Positions 53,327 through 64,000 of a stretch of DNA of 64,000 nt are shown in pieces. The notes under the pieces are model-generated. The model ran no database searches, was not told the origin of the DNA, and saw nothing but the letters and a program-made list of their open reading frames with translations. A program made the position numbers and the translations under genes. Source of the stretch: Vicugna vicugna (Eukaryota); assembly GCA_013265495.1 (NCBI GenBank), contig MU058444.1, forward strand, positions 1,054,001 through 1,118,000, written 5' to 3'. Position 1 is the stretch's first letter. Each line of letters opens with the position of its first letter.

Positions 53327-55126
53327 GATGGTTAGAATTCATACAGAAATATTTCATAAAAAGCTATGTACAACTGCATACATACAGCATTAAATTTTGG
53401 AGCTTTTGTCTGAGTTAAGAGATTTAATCTTGTTTTAACTTAGAGGAAATGATGACCATGTGATTTCAATTTGTTATTAGACTAGTAAGTATGGCATTTA
53501 CATAAATAAGTCATTGCTTTCTTGGTCATGATATCAAAAGCTTTTAGGAATATTTTAAGTGCATTGATACATTTAAAAATATCTGTTTTCTGCTTTTCAT
53601 TTACCGAAATGATTCTGATGAATTACAGAATCAACTGCCAAGGATTTTAATTTAAAAATCCATTTTTATTTCAGCGCTGTTTATTCTAACTTTTATCGAA
53701 ATGGAGCCAAAGTAACTGGGAAAGGTCAATACTCGACTCCTTCCAGGGAAATGAGATTCAAATGCGAGCTGGTTTCTAAGATTACATGAGACTCCCAGGC
53801 TAAAATCCCCCCACAAAAGACCAGCTACTTTAGCAGTGAGGATGTTTGCTTTGAGTAATCTATTGTCACAGGCTAGGTTCTTGGCCAAACCTCCTCCCAG
53901 AGCCCGCCCTGAAGAAAGGTCACCCAGCTTCATGGTCAGTGGCCAGGGATGGATGGAAGTTCTCAAAGCACCCTTTGGCCGTGACCTGGAGGCTTACACT
54001 GCTGTCTCACTCTGCAGCTATAGTCCATTCCCCAGTCCCATCCCCCCCCACCCCCAGGCAGGGCAGACCACCCTCCACAGCCTGTGTTGCCTGACAGAGC
54101 TCCCTGGACTTCTTCAGTCCAGTCCCAGCAAGTCGGTAGCTAAGGTTTGACTCGTCTTGGGTCATCTCCTGAGCTGAGCCAGTGGCAAATGGCTAATTTG
54201 GGAACCAACAAAGCAGAGCTCAGGGAAAACGGAAAACATGCTTAACATTTTTACATAATCAAATTTATCATGTTATATCTCCCCCAAATCTCATTTTTGT
54301 TCTGTGATATCTATGTTTGTCTGTGGTCTTCTGGATCTGGGTGAGCTCTCTTTTCAAGCCCAGTGAGTTTGCTGCCTCAACTTAGAAGGGATCCCAAAGT
54401 CAAGGCTCTTAGGACAAAGCTATAGCAGGACGTGCACTTGAGGGAGTTGTTGCTCATACCACCTTGGAAATTGAACATCTATTCCATTCTGTCCATAGGT
54501 CTGGCCTCCATGCAACAGCAGAAAGGTAAAACTCAGCTGCAAACAACAACACGGTTGCTTATTATGTAAGCAATTCCTAATGAACTCCACAATGTTTGAG
54601 TTAAGTGAATTCTCAAAGGGAGAATGATACACAAAAAATATTTGTGGGACTAGGGAATCCTTAAGAACACATGGCAACACAGAGCTTAATTTATTGCAGA
54701 TGTGATACCAGAACATCTCCAGAAAGAGTGACACTGCCTTTCCCAGGGACGCGGATTTGAAAGCTCTCCTGACACAGTCTGAGTAGACAGTGTGGAACTT
54801 GTTTATGGAGCTGTGTCTGGATCATGCAGAATACCCATTAAGAAAAGGGAAAATGATCATTTTAGATTATCATCAACACATACAACACTCGTATGCACAT
54901 GTGTGTATAACTGAGCGGCATAAACAGTAGATCTTGTCTTAGAGGAAAGGATGACCTTGTGATTTTAAATTTATTGCTAGACTAGTAAACATGGTATTTA
55001 CATAATTAACGGATTTTTTTCTTGGTCATTATATTTAAAGCTTTTAAGACTATTTTAAGCTCAATGATAAGTTTAAGAATATATATTATATATATTATAT
55101 ACATATATCTTTTTTCTATATATGTA

Positions 55127-55301
55127 CAACTGACCCTTGAACAACACGGGTTTGAACCACACAGGTTCACTTATACTAGGATATTTTCAATAGCAAATAC
55201 TACATTTGTGGATACAGATGACCCACTATAAAGTTATATGTGGATTTTTGACTGAGTAGGGGTGGGCTCCCCCAACTCCAATATTGTACAGTGATCAACA
55301 G
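55127..55301. mobile_element. Tigger2/MER8-like TcMar MITE
   Basis: ta|caactgacccttgaacaacacgggtttgaac...gtgatcaacag|ta; TA target sites. Confidence 0.8.
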
Positions 55302-55314
55302 TATATAAATATAT

Positions 55315-55680
55315 AGCTAGCTAGATAGATAGACAGATAGACAGACAGATAGATATACAGGATGGATGGCTGGGTAGGTGGATAGATGGATGGATGGATG
55401 GATAGATAGAAAGATATACAGGATGGATGGATGGATGGATGGATAGATAGGTAGTTAGATAGATAGATAGACAGACAGACAGATAGATATACAGGAAATG
55501 GATGGACAGATAGAAAGATATACAGGATGGATGGATGGATGGATGGATGGATAGATAGGTAGTTAGATAGATAGATAGACAGACAGACAGATAGATATAC
55601 AGGATGGATGGATGAATGGATGGGTAGATGGATGGATAGATAGATATTTAGATAGATAGATAGATAGATAGATAGATGAT
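55315..55680 (+). repeat. Compound (GATA)n/(GACA)n/(GGAT)n microsatellite with higher-order structure
   Basis: Alternating tetranucleotide blocks punctuated by five gatatacagga motifs. Confidence 0.95.
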
Positions 55681-58600
55681 AATCTCATTGAGTTAGTCTG
55701 AGAGTATCTCACAGAGTTAATTAATTTCATACCCCAGTCTTCTAAAGACTTCTCTTCTTCATTTAGTTTACTCCTCTCTTAAATTATATCTTTCAGTTTG
55801 GTGGCTAGCTTCCCTTACTCTTTTAGAAATATCTAGGTTTCATGTTTCTCCTATTTCAAACAGCATTTTACCTAAGACCATTACTTTTTAAAATCCTTTC
55901 CTCCTTTGTATCTTTGATTCTTTTCTTTCTTTTCTTTCTGTTTATTATTTATCTGTTTGTTTGTTGATTGACTTTACAGGCACTCATGCGTACAGCAATC
56001 TGGGACAACTGAAAAGGGGACATCTATAAACTACTGATCTCCTCTAAAATTCCTGGTAAATAATTAATGAGCCTCTAAGGTCCCTGATGCCACAGACCTG
56101 CTCTGTGTCACTTACTGCCCTATCCCCGGCTCAGAATAGTGCCTGCCACAAAGAAGTCACTTGGTAAATATCTCCTGAATGAATGCATTAATAACAATTG
56201 CATGGAAGTTCTTTCCCCTGTTCATACTTTGGTCCCATTTTGTCCCAGTTCTCTCCATGTGCCCTCTGGAGCTCCTCTTTCACTGTGAGTCATCAATGCC
56301 TTATGTTCTCAGGGTCTACACCACTCATGCCTTTTTTTCACCCAAAACCACACTAATTCCCATTCTCCTACAACCATGGAAGTGGGGGGTGGGGAGCACC
56401 AGGGCTCTCCTTTGCACCAGTCCTAGGCGGGGATCACGACTCTTCCACCCAGCAGGGAAACCTAGCCCCCTTGAGAGCTTCACCACGGTTGACCTCCCTC
56501 CATCATCCACCCCTTGACCGCTCTTCACTCATATCCATTAGCACCTGGATCTGTGAGGGTGATGCACCCAGGAAGTGCATTCACATTTCCTTATTCTCGT
56601 TAACGTGCAGGGCTTTGATTCTCTTCTTCCTCAAACCACTCTTGGAGTTTTGCATCATGTGGATCCTAGACGCCACCTTGCACCTCATTTCCTCCTACGA
56701 TGACAATGGATCTTCCACCGAAATGCAAAACTCTTCTCCTGAGCCAACAGCTCCTTATCCATCCTTTAATCTCGTGCTTATGTTCCCACTACAACCTCCC
56801 TCCTCAACCCAAGGGACTAGTGGATTCTTTAGCCTTTTATTTTAGCCCAGTTCCTCGGTCCCATCTGGGACCTCCTTCCAACCCAGAGAAGGATGAGATC
56901 ACCAAGTGGCATTGTCATCATTAGGAATTTAAAAAAAAAATTCTCACTTTTTCTCTGATGAAGATCATGACAGTTTTCAGCAGTGAAAATAAATGAGCCC
57001 AGCAAGGCGTAAAACTTGATTGAGTTAGCACATTGGCAGGTGGAGCCAGCCTCTCCTGCCTTCCCCGGGAATGCACTCTGCAGACACACATCTCCAGGTG
57101 GAAAGTCGGCCCCGGCATTCACTACATCACTTTCTTTACCCTATGTCTGCAACCACGAGCCCTTATTTGCTTTTTTTCCCCTTGCATCAGAAGCTGTTCT
57201 GAAAATAATTTAATTACTTAAAAATTCTTATTAGGACCATATAACTTTGCTTAATTTGATCTTGTGACTCCTCCACAATGCTTACTTCTCATTGTCTGAT
57301 CTTCACTTTTAACTATGTGTGTTTAGGGGGCAGAAGTATGTCAGCTCCTTTTTCTTCTTGGCTAGCTATTAAGAATTTCCTTATTTATTCGTCTTTTGAA
57401 AATAGCAGATTACCCATTCCAAATGCAGCTGCCTCTGACACTCTTGCTTTTGTTCCTTCCGCAGAGCTGTTGTTAATAGTGGAATTTACCTGACTATCCT
57501 CTGCATCATGACAAGGCTCGTGAGCAACTTTCATCCAATTATAAAGCTAATCATGTTGCATTTTTTTCCCTATTCTAAGAGGAGTATTCTCCATATACTT
57601 TGTCAAAATGTTTTGACTTTTAAGAATCAACTTAATTAATTAAAATATTTTTTATTAGAAAACTGCACCTTTCTCTTTACAAAGTATGCAGTCCTCTCTT
57701 GCACCTAAGTTCTACTAATTCTCAAATCCCAACTTCCTCATGTGAAAATACAGTCTAGGTCTTTAAGATGTATCTTTAGGATGTATCTGTAAGGAAGCAT
57801 CTACAAACCTGTTTTTCGTTGTTCGTTTTATTTTGTTTTACAGATTTTACTGAATCTGAGTATTTAGCTTCAATTACTACCCCATGGTTGTTATACTCCT
57901 GCTGTTGGAAGGGGCCATTTCCTCCTTATCATCTTGACCTTAAAAGCTGCCCTTACAATGACTTATTTTGCACATAAGTGGAAGGGAGTGAGATCGTGGA
58001 GTTCAGAAGATTGAAAAAGACAAAATAGTTTCCCCATCCCATTAGCAGAAATCCATGGTTCAGAAACTAACAGCATTCTAGTATTCTGGTGGGAGATTTT
58101 TTTTTCATGCAAATCACTCAACAACAACTTACATGCAGGTTAAAAGCAGCCCTAATCACAACTTGTTCAGGAGCCAGAACCATCTCCCCATCCCTATCAA
58201 AGGCTGCAAGTAAGTCTGCTCTGATGTTTATCCTGGCTCTGAAACTGAGCATTTTCTTAAGAGTCAGGATCTGTTCAATAGTCCCCTGACAAGATTTTCC
58301 AATGGAATGACACATGAGTGAGTTCTGCCCACCTTCCTTTAAGCATTTGAAGAATTTAGTTTAATACACATTTAAAGGTAATAGAATATAGGATCCCTTT
58401 GCCTGTTACAGAGCGCAGAATAAAAGCCTGTATTTTACACACATGTGGCAAAATTATGTTGCTATTAGGAGAAGCCAGAATATATCACTGAAATAGCTTT
58501 CTGACTACCGTCATCTAAAAAGGCTTTAAATACAGTATTTTAGATAAATATCATTGCTTTGTGTATCTATGCCCCAGCAAAGCCACCAACCAATAGTTGT

Positions 58601-58984
58601 ACAATTGGGTGTTCCTGCTTTAAGATTTTAGCTAGTGTGAGGCATAGTCAGCCACACAGCAAGAGATATCACCCAGTCATGTTAGTGTTCATTTTTCAAG
58701 CAGGTGGTCCGGGAGGGAGTATCAAGGCAGTGATGCATAAAGCCAGGCATTCTGTGAATGATTCACTGGGGTGTTTTTAAATCGCTGCAGAATTTGACTA
58801 TACTTTGTTTCCAGGCTAAAATTATTATGGGACAAGCTTTCATGTCAGGGACCCCCAACCCATCTGGGCTTCAGAATCCCTTGGGATCCTTGCTAAAAAT
58901 GCACATCCTTGGTGGCACCAGAATATATCATTTTACTTGGATGAGGCTCAGTGATTCAGATTCAGCTGATCTAGACTGGCATTT

Positions 58985-59646
58985 TGTGGCAGGAAAATGG
59001 GGGTGCGTGAGGATGGCCAAGTCCCAGGTCTCGGGTGAGTCTCTGGGACACGCCTCACCAAGTGAGGGTCCTTGGCTTTGCGTAGGAAAGAATTCAGGAG
59101 CAAATCATAGAAAAGTGAAAGTAGATTTATTCAGGGAGACACACAGGCCATAGACAGATTGCAGGCCATCTTGGAAGGCCAGAGAAGCAGCCTTGGGAGA
59201 CGGGGTCGTCTTGGAAAGTGGGAGTGGCTTAGGAGATACTCATTCCATACATAGGTTGAGGGCCATCTCAAAAGGTGAGAAAGGGGGGCCCCAGAGCATG
59301 GGTTTGTCTAGAAAAGTGAGATGGGCCATGTTCATTTTTGCAGACCAAGTAATTTCATATGCTAACAAATGAGAGGATTATTCCAACTGTTTTGGGGAAA
59401 GGGTGGGGATCCAGGAATTGGGTCACCACCCACTTTGTGGCCTTTTCTGGCCAGCCTGGGAACCATCATAGCAGTGGTGGGCATGTCATTTAGCAGCTGG
59501 TGTATTACAATGAGCATATAATGAAGCCCAAGGTCTACTGGAAGTTGGATCTTCCACCATCTTGATTCTAACCAGTTTATGTCTTATCCTCAATGGCTGT
59601 GTCATTCCTTCAATGGTTGTGCCCTGCCCTCTTCCCTCCTGTCTCA
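58985..59646 (-). mobile_element. MER41-like ERV1 solo LTR
   Basis: tgtggcaggaaa...gagggtccttggctttgcgtaggaaagaattcagg...aaagtgaaagtagatttatt...cctgtctca; TG...CA ends; minus-strand AATAAA at 59126-59131; resembles MER41 (recalled); no clean TSD. Confidence 0.7.
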
Positions 59647-62049
59647 AAATTTAATCACTGACTTATTGCCTGGGCCCCGAAGGGATCAACTGTTCACTTC
59701 TTTGTTTTAGCACCAAATCCATGATCTCCTGCGGAGATTATTTTGTGATCTGTTCCCCTCTCTGCCTGGAATGGGCAGCATCTTATTCACATCATTATCC
59801 TTTCTGGCCTCTTATTTGCAGAAGTGTCAACACAATCCCAGTTTCATGAGAGTTAAAGTACACTGTGCTCTTTTCTGGCTCAGATAGCCGCATTCTAGGC
59901 TCTTACCAACATTTACAGGTTACAAATCTTCAACTAACAATATTGGACAACAAAAAAGTTATAAGCCACAGCAAAACTCATTCTGTCACCTCCAGACAGT
60001 GTCGTTTTGGATTTCATCTAAACACACTCTAAATATACTATGAACAGCCTTTCAGAAATGAACTGGAAATAATTAGAACTTACAGAACTCACTCCTGTCC
60101 TTTGCACAGTAAGTCTTATGACAAGAATCCATACCTTTATAGCTGTCAGATATGCAGTTGTTTTTTTAACATCCAGTTAAATTAAAATCCATCTTTAATG
60201 TATCCCCAGGTGGGGCTGTGTTCTCTGATTTCATTGTGTGTGTAATAAACTGTAGATTTCGGTCTTTTGATGTCGGCACTTTCTTCCCTATTAGCACATA
60301 AGTTATCTGAAGGCAAGAACTGAGCTATAATCATAAGAGTTGTGTGCCAGCCCTTACGCCTACCACAGGGCCTCATGAGATACTACACATCCGATAAACC
60401 TTCATCACCTGAGTCAGTGGATGGACTCCTATCCAATGTTGCACCTCATTTCACGCAATTCTACCAAGTGTTAGGAGCAACACGAGACAATGGTCATGCA
60501 GGAAATAAGACTGTGTTTACTGCCTCTGCAAACACTGTACTAAGAAGGGACACACAGTTGAAAAGGAGTCCCCGCCCACAGGAAGCTCACCCTTCTGTGA
60601 GGAAGAAAGTAAATAAACTTTAAAACAATCCCCTTTTCGGTGTTAGCTATGAGACAGTATGAAACATTGTCTCTCTCTCTCTCTCTCTAGAGAAAAGTGG
60701 CTTTGGAAGGAGGAGGATTTGCTGGAGGTTGAAGGCAGAGCTGAGGATGGCGTTCTGGGCAGACGGCACCCACCCACCACGGAGGAGGGCGCGTGGAACA
60801 ACATACCCCTCCTCAGCAAATTGCACATCATTTACAGGGAAATGGGGGCCCGTGGCAGCAAATGACATTCAATGGGTGGGAAGGGTGGATCATTAAAGAC
60901 TTTTATGATATTCAAGGATACATGAAACTCTTGTTATGCAATGGAGAACAAGTCAGGAATTCTATCCGGAGGAGTCATGTGATTAGACTGGGGTTCTAGA
61001 GAGCGTATCAATAGCCCCGTGGCTGGGGAATTTAGGAGCCAGACATTGTAAGTCTAGTTCTGGTAGATTTTTAGGGAACTAGTCAACCTGAAGAAAAACA
61101 ATTGGATCTACACCAAGGCGGTGGCAATGGGGCTGGGAAATAAACATTAGATTTAATATCTGGATGAAGATTTGGGGGACACAGAGGCCACATGAATGTT
61201 TAATTCTATTTACAATGGACCCGAGCCGCCATCCACTTTATAGAGGTGGTGCTGTTACCAGTAGCTGCGATGCCTTAAATGCACGTGTGAACGTGTCCTC
61301 CCCTTCTTAAAATGCCTCTTCTGACCGTGTTTATGGGTGAGGCAAAATTAGGTAGAGATTCACTCCGTGAGCTCTATTCTTAATCTTTTACCCCCAGTCA
61401 ATGACTCCCACCCCTCTTTCTGACTTATGTTGCCTCAGGCACCCAAACACTGATGCTAATTTGCTAGTCTTATAGCCAAGACTCTGCCAGCACCTTGACC
61501 ACCATGGCTTGCTCGGTCATTTCCTCTCTGACTTGCGATGGCCTTGCTCTACAGCACGCTCACTGAGGGTTCCCGTCTCTCCCCTCACTTTGCCGGTGTG
61601 CATCTGTGAGGGTGGGCGTGTCTTCTAGAGGGGAGGCCACATTCTCTCTTCCTGTGATTGGAACATCCAACAGTGTTTTCCACCCAAACCCATCCCAGGC
61701 CCAAGTCATAGAGGCCCTTTTGTGGTCCAGCTTCCACCTGGGCTGCTCTTCCCAGGGGTCACCACCCTGCTGCCGATTGAAATTCAACATATCATTTCAA
61801 CCCCTCAATCCTGCAGGCTCTCAGACCTTCTTGAAATTCCTGCCTTGGCAAGAGCAGAAGTCTGTGAGTCACAAATCTGCAGTGGGTCAAACCAAAGCAA
61901 GATATTTTGGGACATTTTAAAGAGCCCAGGAGAATATTATCCAGCAAGATAATAAAAAAAATTACTTAAACTAAAATGATAATTAAACTAAGATCTAAAA
62001 GCAGAAGAGAATAAGGATGAGAAGAAATGGGCTGAGTAATAAAATAGAA

Positions 62050-62830
62050 AACGCATTTGTACAATACACCATTCTCTCACCAAAAAAAAAGAACAAACAA
62101 ACCTTCAACATAATAAAGGCCATGCATGACAAACCCATGAGTCTCAGTCAGTGGTGAAAGGTTAAAAGCCTTTCCTCTAAGGTCAAGAACAAAACAAGGA
62201 TGCCCACCACCTTCACTACACTTATTCCACATAGCTCTGGGATTCCTAGCTGGAGCAAGATAAAGAAGATGTGGTACAGTTACACACACAGACACAGACA
62301 CACACACACACACACACACACACACATCCGCGAGAAAGAAGGAAAGCCCACCATTGGCAATGACATGGACGGACCTTGCGCGTATTATGCTAAGTGAATA
62401 AATCAGACAGGGAAAGACAAATGCTGTATTATGTCACTTATACATGGGATCTAAATAACCCAAACTCATAGAAACAGAGAAGAGAAGAGTGGCATTTGCT
62501 AGGATTGGGAGATGAGGGAATCGTGGCGATGTCGGTCAAAATGTACAAATTTGCAAATAAAAAATAAACAAGGTCTGGAGAGCTAGTTCACAGTCTAGTG
62601 ATTATAGTAAAAAAAAAAGAAAGAAAAGAATACTGTGTTGTATAATTTAAAATGGTTAAGAGACTAGATTTTAAATGTTCTCAACACAAGAAATAATAGT
62701 TATGTGAAGTAATAGTGATGTGAGCTTATGCTGTAATAGTAATCATATTACAGTATGTAAATATCAAATCAATACATTGTACAGTTGACATTTACACAAA
62801 GTTATATGTCAAATATATCTCAATAAAAGA
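62050..62830 (+). mobile_element. L1 (L1MA-like) ORF2 fragment and 3' end, with (CA)n at about 62282-62325
   Basis: aaagcctttcctctaaggtcaagaacaaaacaaggatgccc; gctaagtgaataaatcagacagggaaagacaaat...ttatatgtcaaatatatctcaataaaa. Confidence 0.85.
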
Positions 62831-63291
62831 CTATATTAGCGAAAGGTAGTATAAACATTTAAAAAGCTTGATAAAATACAAATTATCAGACAACACTAAC
62901 ATTTATTACTGAAAGTAATACATGAAACAAAAGTGAGAATATATGCATGTGTATACATGTACAACATACGTGGGTATACTATATTTTGTATCCTACAAAA
63001 TTAAATGTAAGTGATCCTCTTGAGAGGTTGGAACATTTGAAATAATTGATACTGTCTTTGGCTACTCAGAACTGTAAAGCCAGGAGAGATAGGAGAAGCC
63101 AACTTAGTAATATGAGGTATAAATGGAAGCAGTCTTATACAGCGGTTATGAACATAAAGTAAGCAGTTAGACTAGTTTTGTGGTGAAAAACGTGGGAAGT
63201 TACTTACCTTTATAATATTAAGAGAGTAACATATTCTACAGCATAGGGTGATTCTGAGGGTGAAATGACTCACTACATATAAAACTCTCAG

Positions 63292-63498
63292 ATACAAACT
63301 ACTTATATAAAATAGATGAACAATAAGTTCATACTGTACAGCACAGGGAGCTGTATTCAATATCTTGCAGTAACCCATAATGGAAAAAAATATGGAAAGG
63401 AATCTATGTATGTACATGTATGACTGAGACATGAAATTGACACATTGTAACTGACTATACTTCAATTAAAAAATGAAAAATGAAAACAAACAAAACAA
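63292..63498 (+). mobile_element. Lineage-specific L1 3'-end fragment
   Basis: tactgtacagcacagggagctgtattcaatatcttg...ttgacacattgtaactgactatacttcaattaaaaaa; approximate TSD aaaactctcag / aaaaccactcag. Confidence 0.85.
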
Positions 63499-63952
63499 AA
63501 AACCACTCAGTACCACTGCTGGCCTATGGTACATGCTAAATACATATTAGCCTAAAAACTTAAGACACGTGCTCTTAAATAAATACTCGATTTAGAATAA
63601 AATTAAAACTGAAATGACATTACTAATTCAAAAATAGTAAAAAAAAAAAAGAGAGAGACTTGAAAAGCAAAGCATAGACTATACCTATATGTATAAAAAT
63701 GGAGTATTATGTTATTACATATTAAAAATGATGAAAATAAACTAATTTTTGAATTTTAGAAGTTAAATGTCAGAGGAATTAAATTAGGAAATAGGAAAGA
63801 TTTGGGTTAGAAGCCGACCACCATTTCTGCTGATAGGAAAGAGTTGTGAAAAGGTAGATCTCAGGAAAGTGGTTAATTTTGCAAGAGCCACCTTTAAGAA
63901 TGGAGATTTGTTTTTGAGAGCACTGTCTGCTTGAAGGCCTGGATAAAATGGG

Positions 63953-64000
63953 TGAGACGGACTGAGTTGTAACCCCCCAAAAAGATATGCTGAAGTCCTA
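63953..64000 (+). mobile_element. Start of an MLT1-like LTR, cut by the window edge
   Basis: tgagacggactgagttgtaaccccccaaaaagatatgctgaagtccta resembles the LTR start at 16747. Confidence 0.55.

Noticed and set aside
53600..64000. GFRAL or another downstream gene; CRISPR-like or prokaryotic systems
   Set aside because: No recognisable coding exons or repeat-spacer arrays; ordinary repeat-rich mammalian intergenic DNA

Overview
Mammalian genomic DNA containing coding exons 2-7 of HCRTR2 (orexin/hypocretin receptor 2, a class A GPCR) on the + strand. The species is most likely a camelid, inferred from four tRNA-Ala-derived SINEs resembling the camelid vic-1 family. Exon 1 lies upstream of the window. 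All six exons have GT/AG boundaries and sizes (179/244/116/221/122/230 nt) that give an intact frame ending ...GPPQNW*. The rest is intronic and 3' flanking sequence, largely L1, L2, L3/CR1, MIR, MaLR and ERV1 LTRs, DNA transposon relics and microsatellites. I found no novel multi-gene system. The best leads concern the gene itself: (1) a candidate alternative last exon at 51324-51366 encoding YLQQEPLSSLLST, homologous to the rodent long OX2-beta tail and reached via a donor overlapping the normal stop; (2) Gly instead of the conserved Cys in TM5 (HIGFF vs HICFF); (3) an exon 2 branch point that seems to lie inside an MLT1A LTR; (4) inverted L1 3' ends bracketing exon 3; (5) an AT->GC-shifted, CpG-rich patch before exon 7; (6) a MER41-like LTR with decayed STAT1 sites. 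Repeat family names and orthologue comparisons are from memory, not database searches, and repeat boundaries are approximate unless TSDs or TIRs are given.
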